Origin: Mytilus trossulus
Taxonomy: Eukaryota
Assembly: GCF_036588685.1 (NCBI RefSeq)
Contig: NC_086383.1
Span: 310,001 to 374,000, forward strand
Reading direction: 5' to 3'
DNA length: 64,000 nt
Shown here one piece after another: positions 52,778-64,000 of this stretch (within the stretch, counting starts at the first letter, position 1; each line of letters starts with the position of its first letter). The notes beneath the pieces are model-generated. The model was given only the letters and a program-made list of their open reading frames with translations. It searched no databases and had not been told where the DNA came from. A program made the translations under genes and the position numbers.

Positions 52778-52937
52778 GGTTGCGTTCAATATCGTAGAGG
52801 CTACAGATATGTTTGTCTACTGAACAAGTAGCTAGCCTAGCTTCTTTCAATATCTATGGAGCAACTAGGTCCGCTACAATTTCAATATTCCTAAATCTAC
52901 TTAGCCCTATGTAGCCGCTACGATATTGAACGCCACC
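52778..52937. mobile_element. MITE with ~28-bp TIRs
   Basis: GGTTGCGTTCAATATCGTAGAGGCTACA ... TGTAGCCGCTACGATATTGAACGCCACC. Absent from the paralogous block near 56150. Confidence 0.8.
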
Positions 52938-53459
52938 CAGGTACATTGAATAAGATATAAAGCATTCAATGGACTATTACGTGTGATTTTCTGGAAATAA
53001 ATGTATAAAGTTTGAGTTTTCCAAAGATAAGTCATGAGTATATGTTTCCGTTAAGTCTCTTGATTTTAGTGTTTTACTCTGTTAATTAGGTTTTGAATTA
53101 GTTTGTTTTAATAAAAACAATATGCTATAGCATATGAACAAGTGCTTTACAATTATGTAACAAGGAAGTTTGTGTTCTCTCTCTTTGCTTAACTCCTTTA
53201 TAAATATTTTGAATGATGTAGATATGTAGAGGTAGACCGCAACACATGTTTATCCAGGACTCGAATGACTGTTTTCCTGTTAATTGTTTTACATGTTTAT
53301 ATTTTAGGCCTATTACATCTTATTAACGCGTTATGTTTGCTTATTTGTAAAGGCCGCACGGTTACCTAGTTTGCTAATGTTCAATGTCATGTGGTCTCAG
53401 GTGGAGAATTATCTCATTAATTATCATACTATCTTATCAAAATCTAAGTAATGAAGGCA

Positions 53460-53812
53460 TAAGAAAGTTGAAACCGGAAATGAATATCCCATAGTAGCCA
53501 ATGGGTCAATACGGAAAAACTGCATTGGCCTTGTCCGAAATGCGATATAACTGTTGATGTCTATCGACACCTAAACGTCTTCAATACAGCAGATGCTGCT
53601 ATATTCGTGTAAAGAATGATTGTATATATCATTTAAAAAAAAATGAAGGTATGCTTCAATTTCCGTTGATGTAAGTGTTTTTCACTGTCATGACTGTTGC
53701 GCAGCAGCTTTTCAGATCTTTGTTTTAATAAAAACAATTAGATATATGAACAATGGATGATTTGATTCTCTTTTTTTTTGTTTCAGCTTCTCTAAATGAC
53801 TGCTTCAAGTAA
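53460..53812 (+). promoter_or_regulatory. Promoter/5'UTR module copy B (probable promoter of cGLR copy 2)
   Basis: GAAAGTTGAAACCGGAAATG, CCAAT at 53498, ATTGG at 53524, TATAA at 53546, donor AAG|GTATGC at 53649, 22-nt exon at 53787-53808. Confidence 0.5.
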
Positions 53813-56800
53813 TTCATGCTGAAATTTTATCGTGTGGTTTTCTTCGTTGTGGTGTTATGCTATTGTTTCATAAAAAGGGTGAAGGTTTGGTACCAATAAA
53901 ACGTTTAGTCCCGCTGCAAATGTTTTGCACCTGTCCTAAGTCAGGAGTCTGTTGAAAATACTTGTCGTTTGTTTATGTAATTTATACGTGTTTCTCGTTT
54001 TTCTTTTTTTCATATAGATTGGACCGTTGGATTTCCCGTTTGAATGGTTTTACACAAGTAATAAATTATTGTTGGGCCTTTTATAGCTTTTTGTTCAATG
54101 TGATCCAAGGCTCCGTGTTGAAGGCCTTACATTGACCTATAATGGTTTACTTTTATATATTGTTATTTGGATTTAGAGTTATCTCATTGCCACTCAGACC
54201 ACATCTTCCAATGTATATGTATTGGGTTAGTAAGAAACAATTGTTTAGCTATAATTCAAGGAATTTAATTTTCTTTCAAATTTTCTTTTTTTTATTTTAT
54301 ACTAGGCACTTTAATAGTTCACCTACTTAGTATTTTCTTTTCTCTCATTATTGGAGGCCTCACGATGACCTATAGTTGTTTAAATTGTATGTTATGTAGT
54401 GTACCTTGGAGAGTTGATCCATTGACAATTATACAACATCAATTCTGTTATCATTCTAAATACTGTAAAACATACTTAATCTTTGTTGTTCATTTGTATC
54501 TACATGTGATTTCCTAAAACAATGTTAAATATCTGTATGTTCTGCTGTTGTCTCTTCTTTGGTTTGGTTGGTGTCTCTTAGACACATTCCACATGTTCGT
54601 TTTCATGTAACCTGACTGACCCATTTTCTGTCACATACATATTTGTCTTTTTGTTAAAAAAACGTTTATGAACTGTTGAGTCAAACCTATTTTTTTTATA
54701 TTTTTTTATCTTAATTTGTTTAAATAGATTTAATGAAAGTAGTATGCTGTTTTTCGTATCTTTATCAAACCGTTGTGTACGGACAGCTCGAACAAAAAAT
54801 ATCATTCATAAATAGTTATCAAAAGTACCAGGATTATAATGTTATACGCCAGACGCACGTTTCGTCTACATAAGACTCATAAAAAATATAAAAATATCCT
54901 TTAAACAGAATGAAAATTAGAAAACATCGCAAAATAAACCTATCTTGCTTTTTACTCGTATTTCACTTCATTTTATTTCCTTTCTGTACATTTAAACAAG
55001 TATTTAACACTTATGTATTTTTTCTAAATATTTATTAAATTATAAGCCAATAGGGACAAAAATTGTAAGTTTCCAGCAGGAAAATATTGTATTTTTGTTT
55101 TAAATAATAGAAGTATTGTGGAGGGCAGGGTCTGTTTAGCCACGTTAAAGTTTACTGTCATTACATCAATACAATACTGATAATTCATTTTAACTTCACG
55201 TGTCAATCACAAATCAAATATAACAATTAAGACGAATATAACGTTGAATATCTCCAGTGGTATTTTTTTTTAAATGTTTTATAAAAGCATGTAAAGTCTG
55301 CATCTAAAGTCAGTAATGGTGTCATATGTATTTGACCTTTCAATTGATATAGTGTTCAGTATTAAGTATCAAATTCTAGAAATAAATGAACTCCGAGGAA
55401 ATTTCAAACTGGAAAGTATGTGTGAATAACGTTTAGACAATTATCCACTGCGGTTCCCTTGAAAGGACAAGACAATGATCATGCAACTTAGGAGCTATAT
55501 AAACTCATTAAAGATACCAGGACTAAATTTAGTATATACGCCAGAAGCACGTTTCGTCTACTAAATAAAATTAAAACTTCAGATAAAGTACGAATTTGGA
55601 GAGCATAAGATGCAAAATTCCTAAAAGTTTGGCAAAATACAGCTAAAGCAATCTAAGAAACGCCGCTTTATTTAAAAACAAATTAAACTTTTGTATACAC
55701 TTAATTTATTAATATAACAATATCAATGATAATTTATGTCAGCACAAACAGTGCTGACTACTGGGCTTGTGATATCACATTTTAAAATGTTTTGTTTATT
55801 TCGGTGCCCTGTAAAATGTTCACTTCTAAATTTTCCCGACATTTTGGTACAAACAGAAAATAGAAAAATATCAACGACAATTTGTTTAATTCCACCATAT
55901 CTTGTTAATGTGTCTGGTCAGCGCATGTGTTTTCTTTCGGTGGTCGTTTTTGTAGAGGCGGAGCTAGAGTATGTAGGTAATGAGTTATCTCAATAGTACG
56001 TTCATTTTGCAACTCATCTTTCAATTTGAGTTATTAAGACGGCCTATTACTGTTAGTTGCATATGCTCACATATCACATCGCATTATTGTTATTTCGTCG
56101 TTATTGGTTTGAAATGAACATAATCGCAAACAAAGTGTGTCTTTATAACACGTGTATATTTGTATACATAAGATATAAAGCAATCAAAGGACTCTTTTAT
56201 GCGATTTACGGGAAAGGTTTGTATAAAAATAAGAATGGAGTTTGGATTCGACTGATGAATCATAAAGAAGACATGTTTCGGTTAAGTCCATTGATATAAG
56301 TGATTTATTCGCTTTATCAGGTTTTCAATCTGATTGTTTAAACAAAAACAATAAAATCAATAAATGTGTTTGTAGATAAATGTTTTTTGTGTTCTGTTAA
56401 ATTGTTACGTTTAAAATTGTTACATGGTGACAACTGCTGTTTTGACTACTTCATTCATTGTGTCTGTTAAGTAAACGCATCATTGTTAATGTAACGGAAT
56501 TTGACGAGACTGTCATCAAAGAAAGTGGGTTAGCATAACAGAACTAGGTTTATTCCACCATTTTCTACAATTGCAAATGCCTCTACTAAGTCAGGGATTA
56601 CAGTTCTTGTTCATTCCCTTTAATGCGTTTTTTATTTGAATTTTGTGATGTTATTATGGTTTTTCCTAATTAATTTTCCTCTAAGTTCAGTATTTTTTTT
56701 ATAGATTTTACTTTGTATATATCATCTGAACAAGTGTTTCAAAATTATTTAACCAGGAAGGTTTTTGTTCTCTCCTTGCCTAACCTCTTAACCGACAGCT

Positions 56801-56819
56801 TTACATATTTCAAGAGATA

Positions 56820-57042
56820 CAGAGGTTACAAATGATAATAACTAAGGATTTGCTTATCACAGGAGTAAATTACCTTAGCGGTATTTGGAACAACTTTTTT
56901 GGAATTTTGGACCCACGATGGAATTCACCTTTGAGCTGTTTGGCTTTTTAACTGTTTTGATCTAGGCGTCACTGACTAGTCTTATGTAGACGAAACGCGC
57001 GTCTGGCGTACTAAATTATAATCCTGTATCTTTGAAAACTAT
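56820..57042 (+). mobile_element. Retrozyme-family monomer fragment with mutated hammerhead (56966-57009)
   Basis: Reverse-complement homolog of the 355-bp unit; the core reads CTGACTA instead of CTGANGA. Further truncated copies at ~54811-54880 and ~55510-55775 (minus strand). Confidence 0.75.
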
Positions 57043-59129
57043 ATATCCAGGACTCCAATGAATGTTTTTCGTTTAACTGTTTTACATTTGTATTTTCGGG
57101 GCTTATTCAAACTTACTAACGGGGTATGCTTGCTTATTATTGTCAGGTGGAGACTTATCTCGTTTACTATCATTCTACATATTTGTATGATTTTGAAAAC
57201 TGTTAACTTAGAAACTGTTTCGTCCTATATTTTTTATATCTTCATGCGTTGTCCCTAAATTGATTTAATGAAAAGTGTTATACTGTGTTTCGTATCTGTA
57301 TCAAACCGGTGTATATGAGACAATATATGAACAAGTCTACTTTCCATGTCCCCCACTTCACCAGCAATTATTTGTTTATTCAACCATATTTTTTAAAAAT
57401 ATTAAATTTCAGTATAAACTAAATTATTTAATGCATCAACTTCTGCCAATTAAACACTCATTCTTGTATTTCTTCCAATAAAATATTGTAATTTAAATGT
57501 TCAACCCCCCTAAAATCATGTTGTCCCCTGTGTTTTTTTTTGAAAAATAAATCATTCAAATCATATCCAAATTAATTCAACAGGCGTCCGATTCTCTCAT
57601 ATATGATAATTATATTATATAATAAACTTGCCCCTCATTTGTCTTTTTATATTATAACTAGAGCATGTAATAAAATTTTGCGAATTTTAAGACAAAACAA
57701 TTTGTCCCCAGGGGTGATTTCCCTCCTGTTACCACAAGATTTTTTACCTGTTGAAACGTTTACAAGACCAAGAGTAATTTTCCCATTATGTATTTTGAAG
57801 AGCATCATTTCCTGAATTCATTAGTACAAAGAAATAGATGGAAAGGCGGCCAGGTTTGAAAATTCAAGCCCATCCAAAGTACGAATTTATAGAAAAATAC
57901 TTTATGGTGTTCTATCCTTTTATAGCCTTTTCTTACACTTTCTGAGAATAATTTTATGTGTGCACCACAACATAAGTGTTTTTATATCATCTTTTTAAAT
58001 GTTATATGTCACAGGAAATACACTTACATTTAATGTGATAAAAAGGACAAAAACTATCGCGTAATTCCATTCTGTTACGTTCTGTCATGTTTCCTTATAA
58101 AAAGTAAGAGCATAAGCATCATCAGTAACAGGAAGGATGCTTAAGACAATTTCACTAAAGAATCGAAAAGTTTATCTACTATATGCCAACCATTTCCTTT
58201 AATTTATGTTATCACCACCTTATCCAGAAATTTAAAAATAATACACAGTATATTGAATAAAAAAATAGAGTTTTTCCCTTTGATAACAGCAGAGAACATT
58301 GTGCAATTCTAGTATAGTAGATAGTAACATCAAGGAATTTATTTTAGAATTTTTCATTACCTAGGCAGATTTTTCATCTTGCAAATACAATTTCAAAGGA
58401 TAAATGACATTGTTTGCTGTTATCTTCCAATTGTGACCAATTTGAAATGATGTATTTTTCTTAAACTTTAAAATAAAGCAGAAAAAAACTCTGTCCTGTT
58501 ACCGTTTTCCTGTAACTCAAGATTCTTTCATGTTACCGACATATCTGACTATATTTAAGTGTATTTCTAAAATCAATAATTGGCATTTGATAAACTATTG
58601 CAGGATATACTAGTAAACCCTAAATAGTGTCTTAAACTTATTTCGTTACCTTTTAGAAACTTTTTAAAATTGGTACACAATTGTTTGAATTACAGACAAC
58701 AGTTCCTAGATCCACAATGTGTGTTCTTCGATTCGTGTTATTAAAATACCGGGTCTAAAGATTATTATTTTTTTTTCTTTATTGCAAAAAAATTGACTTT
58801 TTTCAGATATTGTCTCATATGCACAAATCGAATAAAATTATATCATCCCATGAACAAAATGAAAGTTTAAAACATCGCAAAATAAACTTAACATAATTGC
58901 AACACGTTTTTCACTTTATTTTATTTCCTCACTGTACAGTTGAACTTGTATTAAACACTTATGATTAGTATCCTTCTATGTATTTAAGAAATCATAAGCC
59001 AATGAAAGTTTCTTTAGGATCAAGAATTGTAAATGTCCAACAGGGCTGTCACATTTCGAATACACTGCTCTTATAAAATAATGTTATTTAATGATTTCAA
59101 CTTTGATAATTTCTTTTTTTAGATTCATC

Positions 59130-59445
59130 ATGGACCAGGAAAATGACGATAAAAAGCATATGATTGGAATAAGAAAACTTACATACTTGAAGACATATGG
59201 GGTTAAACGTTTTCCCTACCGTGGAAAGCGCAAATACACGCCATTGGTTTACCAATCTGATGATGGAGGAATCGTTATCTCAAATGACGTTTTCGGATTG
59301 ACAATCAGACAGTTTGAACGGATGTTTAAAGATTGTTTAGATAGAAGAAAAACAAACGAAAGCTGGATAATGAATCTTCGATATCCTGACAAAGCTTCAA
59401 ATGAATATCTGGAATTCTTAAATAAGTGTACAGACTGCAATAAAG
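59130..59445 (+). CDS. cGLR copy 2, first coding exon (105-aa N-terminal extension)
   Basis: Acceptor TTTTTTTAG at 59121-22, ATG at 59130, donor AAG|GTAAC at 59446 (phase 1). Joins in frame to 60188 (G+AG = Glu). Confidence 0.8.
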
Positions 59446-60187
59446 GTAACTTGTTTTTGTTTTTCATCACAAAATAGAGAATTTGATTTGTGTCTAAAAT
59501 GTTGATGCAGAACACATATAGCAATAATCTTGAAAGATTAAAAAAAACATGTGATAATTTAGAACCATAAGTCAGAGACAAATAGAGTCAGGACCATATA
59601 ATTCAGACGTTGTCTTTTGTCTTTGTATATCATCATACTTATTTATTGATTGTTCGTTTATCTTTTTTTTATCCAACCAATCGATTGTTTTGCTTAACGC
59701 TATTTTGAAAAACCTTGATTATTGTAATAACAACACCATGGCCTATTTTTCCTTTCTAGTTTTTGTATAGATTGGACTGTTAGATTTCTTTTTTGACAAG
59801 TTTTACACTAAAATGTGCTGGGTTCCTTTACAGCGTGCTGTTTGATTTGAACCAAGCGTCCGTGATGCAAACCGTTCTTTGAACTTTAACGGTTTACTTT
59901 CTTCTTAACCATGTTAACAGACAACCAGACTAAAAAAAAAACCAATTTAGAGAACAATAGAATTTACTATAAACAACTGAATGATAGTTCTTCATCTTCA
60001 TGTTAAGTAATAGGCCGATGATACGCCAGGGGCAAAACATCCAACAATACAGTTTGTTCAATTGGTTGTAAGATTCCATATTTGTCATTATGTAACGCAT
60101 CTCGGGGTATGTACCTATATATTACAAACGTCATTATACGTCATAAATATGGAGAATTATATTTATATTTCTTTATTTATTTGATAG

Positions 60188-62163
60188 AGTTTTTGTCTTG
60201 GACTGAAAATGATTCTATAAACAACCACTTGGTTAAACACCTGATAAGAACAATAGGTAATGAAATAGACATACGTAAAAGACAACTTTTGTTTATCTTA
60301 CATGATATAATATCCAATGCACATGACGAAAATTTAACACAAATATCCAGTGGGAGTTTAGCAGAAGGACTGGATTTACCTGGAAGTGACATAGATATCA
60401 TGTTTGTCGATGAAATAGTAAACGTAACATTGATTAAAAGAAATATTAAACATCCGGTACAACGTACTGAAGTATTTATGGAGACAGATGCTGATCATCC
60501 TGGATTTACTAGACTCAGGTTGGTAGCAGGAGGGACAAGAAAAAGCACTTTTGTATCTCCGAAATGTTTTGTCAGTACACACACAGGTCAATATTTATCA
60601 ACGACCACCTTTGTAAATCGTCTAAAGCAGAAACACCAGAAGCATCAGCAGAATTTCACAATACACGGTCCCTGCTTATCAGATAAAAATCAAACTTTTG
60701 ATTTTGCATGCTGCCTGAGAAGTACATATTTGCCGTACAATTCTTTGCCCTGGATATTCCGTTATCGACGGCAATGGCCCCCTAATGTCACCATTGACAG
60801 GATAATAAATAACGGTTGTTTGTTAGTACCAATAGGACCCAGGATTATGCCAAATTGTGATTTGTTATGGAGAATATCTTTCTCAGTGGCAGAAAAACAA
60901 CTTGTACATTCGTTTAATTTCACCCAATTCTTGTGTTACGGTCTTCTTAAATTAACATTAAAGCGTATCGTAAACACAAACGACGATGTCAAAGATTTAA
61001 TGTGTTCTTACTTTTTGAAGACGGCTTTATTCTGGGTCTCAGAGGAAGTAGATATTGACACATTTAAATTACCTAACTTGTGTATTTGTTTTTCTCTTTG
61101 CCTAAATAAGCTGATATCATGGGTAAACACCTGTTACTGTCCAAACTATTTCATACCTGAACACAACATGTTCTTAGGAAAGATCAATCAATATAACAAT
61201 TACTCACTACTCAGTGTACTGAATAGTATAAAGTATAGTGGAATTAGTGGATTGATGCAGAATTTATTTCATTCTTATCCTTGTAAAAAAAAGTGTTATC
61301 CACCATATAGTGAAACCAGCGTACAATCAATAATAATGTTAGACTTTCTGTTTTACAGAATTCCTCATACGTTGAAGAATGGTTCGAGAATGACGTCAAA
61401 TCTTACAAAAATATATAAAGTACTAAAATATATTAATTTTTTAGAAAATTCTGAATCGTCTACATTTCATATTAGTGTTTGTAAGTTTCATTATGCTTCC
61501 ATCAGTCAACTTGCTGTACAACTGTTACCACCACCGAATACAAATTATAACATAAGCACAAGTTATCATAGACATTTACAAAACGGTATACAGAAGGATG
61601 CTGTGTCAGGTTGGTTGTTATACGCGTCGTTTTATTATGTAACAGGACAGTTCAATGTAACACTCAAACTTACAGAGTATGTCCTATCAAAATTTTTTCC
61701 TGAGATGGTGCAATTAGGTGGGATTTACTACAGTGATGCAGATATAGATAATTACAGACATAATGTACATTATTCTATGTCATTGAATGCAAGGATGAAA
61801 ACAATTGTTGTAGATAAGGTGTTGTACATACCGCACTCATCATTAATACCAAAAGAACTAGCGATGGAGGTAAAAGACAGTGTGTTCTTGATACCACCGT
61901 TTATAATGTCTAACTGTCTCAGATTTTTATGCTATCATCATATTGGTGATACTTTCAACAGACAACTGGCACTACGTCATTTACATTTCGATGATCATAT
62001 GTCAACTATTGTATTATCTAATACATTTACACTACTTGGAGTATGTTTTGAGATTTCCGGTGATAAGGACGCCGCTTTTCATTATTATGATGTTGCTTTG
62101 CAATGCGATAGTTACATATGCAGTTCAGCAGAAAAAAGGAAGTCAAGACTTTTAAACATCTAG
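60188..62163 (+). CDS. cGAS-like receptor / Mab-21 family nucleotidyltransferase, copy 2 (terminal coding exon; spliced product 763 aa)
   Basis: SGSLAEGLDLPGSDIDIM, TFDFAC, WRISFSVAEKQL, SYFLKTALFW, CPNYFIPEHNMF and a helical/TPR-like C-terminus. Acceptor AG at 60186-87. Colinear with copy 1. Confidence 0.94.
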
Positions 62164-62889
62164 ATCAAAGTTGTATCGCTGCATGATAATGTCGTTCTAT
62201 CGACAACTCTTATCTATAAGGCCAAACTAAATATACATGTGTTATCGAGTTACACAATGTAATGGATGTTAGTTTTTTTTTAATTGAAATTAAATCACGA
62301 AACAATAATGTATAGATAAAATGTCGAAAAAATCTGATATGTACATAGTACGTTCTTATGTTGCGAATAAATTATACAAAATTGTGATCTTTTAACAACA
62401 GAATGATGATTTAATTATTTCATCAAACGAGTGGATAACAACTGTCATATTCCTGGCTTGGTACATATCTTTTCTTATGTAGAAAATGATAAAACCGTGG
62501 TGTATCACGAGCTATATTATAAATGGTGTCTCATTTTGTCGACTGGGTCCTGAAAAACGTACTTTGCGGATGGATTTAACTCATTTATGAAGTCCATTCA
62601 ATGACCTCAGATATATCAAACATTTGCCCTTTGCTCTGTGGCTAGTTGAATCATTGACACTTACCTAATTGCTATCAACTCGTTATTTGGTTCAAACAAG
62701 TAAAACCAGTTTCTACACGGCGTGATTCCATTCATCGTGTACATTTGGATAAAACTGATCAGGTACCAGAATGAAAATATAGAGCATTTATTTAACTGTT
62801 ACATGTGATTACTGGGAAATAAATGTATAAACAAAAATGGAGTTGAGTTGCGATAGAAATCCTGTGTAATTAACTTGCTTTTTCTGTGT

Positions 62890-63232
62890 TGAGTGTGCTA
62901 AAGACTCGACGTTAGCTGATTAGGAGAGACTCAAATAGTAACAGGTCAATGCAGCTTATCGTAAACATATAACGTAGCGGATATACACACAGCCAGCTCA
63001 TTACACGTTTTTAAATGATTCCTTTTCTTCGATTGCACTATGAATCCTACCGTGAAGAAGACAGTGTGAAAGACTCGAAGTAAGCTAATTAGGAGAGACT
63101 CAAATAGCAAGTGGTCAATGTAGCTTATCTTGAATATATAACATGGCAGATATAGACACAGCCAGCTCATTATACATTAGTAAATGATTCTTATTTTCCG
63201 ATTACACTATGAAACCTACCGTGAAGAAGATA
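62890..63232. repeat. Direct tandem duplication of ~170 bp
   Basis: AAAGACTCGA...TAGGAGAGACTCAAATAG...CACAGCCAGCTCATTA...CCTACCGTGAAGAAGA occurs twice. Confidence 0.8.
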
Positions 63233-63614
63233 CAAGAAAATTATTATCTGAACTTGTCTTGTAACATTCAGGGTGGATTTTTGTCAACTTTGTTAGATGT
63301 AATTTCTGATTATACGTCCAAACATTTTTTGTCTTATGCTGTTTACAATTAATTTGTATTATGCGAATATTAAGTATTTGACAATAATAAATCAGACAAA
63401 TTAACAAATATTGCTCTTTACTCGTCTGCGTTCTAATAATGGATCACCGCAAATGACACAATGATAAGAATCGAAAGTCGTACCCCCAAGCATGTAAACT
63501 ATTTCCGTTTTAAAATGTAACAAAACACTAAAAATTATTTAAACAATTGACGATTATAAATTAACATATATAATACAAATGTAATGTATGCATAACCACA
63601 AGTCAAAAGCGAAG

Positions 63615-63950
63615 TAAAGAAGTTGAAACCGGAAGTGAATGTCCAGTAATAGCCAATGGACCAATATGGAAAAACTGTATTGGCCTTGTCCGAAAAGCAA
63701 TATAAACTATTGAGTTCTATCAACAAGCCAACGCCATCAGTATTGCACATGCTGCTATATTCGTATTTAGGATGGTGTATATATCATTTTAAAAAAATGA
63801 AGTTATGTTTTACAACGTTATACTCAGCAGCTTTTCATCTTTTTGTTTTTTTTATAAACAAAACAATAAAAATATATATCTTCTGAACAAAGGATGGTTT
63901 GTTTCTTTTTTGTTTGTTTCAGCTTCTTTAAAGGTCTGCCTCAAGTAATT
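63615..63950 (+). promoter_or_regulatory. Promoter/5'UTR module copy C (probable start of the next array unit)
   Basis: CCGGAAGTG at 63629, CCAAT at 63653 and 63661, ATTGG at 63679, TATAAA at 63701, TCAGT at 63737, 22-nt exon at 63923-63944. Confidence 0.55.
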
Positions 63951-64000
63951 TATGTTATATTGAGCTAGTAGGAAACAATTGTTTAGCTAAAATTCAAGGA

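Noticed and set aside
35932-62163. Bacterial CBASS/CD-NTase operon
   Set aside because: Spliceosomal introns, LINEs and satellites, no operonic Cap effectors, and Mab-21-type motifs show these are animal cGLRs.
62915-62950. Hammerhead-like CTGATTAG-GAGAGACTC-AAA in the 170-bp duplication
   Set aside because: The core lacks G8 and the G of GAAA, and the motif is not preserved in the second copy.

Overview
AT-rich, repeat-dense eukaryotic (animal) genomic DNA. The dispersed repeats, the ~355-bp hammerhead-ribozyme repeat and the gene content point to a bivalve mollusc, most likely a Mytilus mussel (inference). Main content: (1) a tandem array of cGAS-like receptor (cGLR, Mab-21 nucleotidyltransferase) genes on the + strand. 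One is a complete two-coding-exon gene (59130-59445 + 60188-62163, 763 aa). One is an intact large exon (35932-37901) whose upstream intron carries a decayed AcademX transposon and whose N-terminal exon I cannot find. A third copy was almost entirely deleted (48765-48912). Three copies of a shared promoter/5'UTR module lie at ~49.2, ~53.5 and ~63.6 kb, so the array probably continues beyond the window. (2) A 7-exon gene missed by the ORF track (16538-21948), encoding a 179-aa secreted 12-Cys protein with 15-nt and 12-nt microexons. (3) Type I hammerhead ribozyme (retrozyme/Penelope-type) repeats, including a tandem 355-bp dimer and two sense-strand copies inside introns of the secreted-protein gene. 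(4) Decayed mobile elements: RTE-X/L2-like LINE, Tx1/L1 LINE, CR1/L2 3' end, AcademX, MULE, Crypton, several MITEs and a tRNA-derived SINE. (5) Tandem repeats with ~29, 38, 67 and ~265 bp units. Gene models were assembled by eye from splice signals, phase and paralog comparison, and need RNA-seq confirmation.
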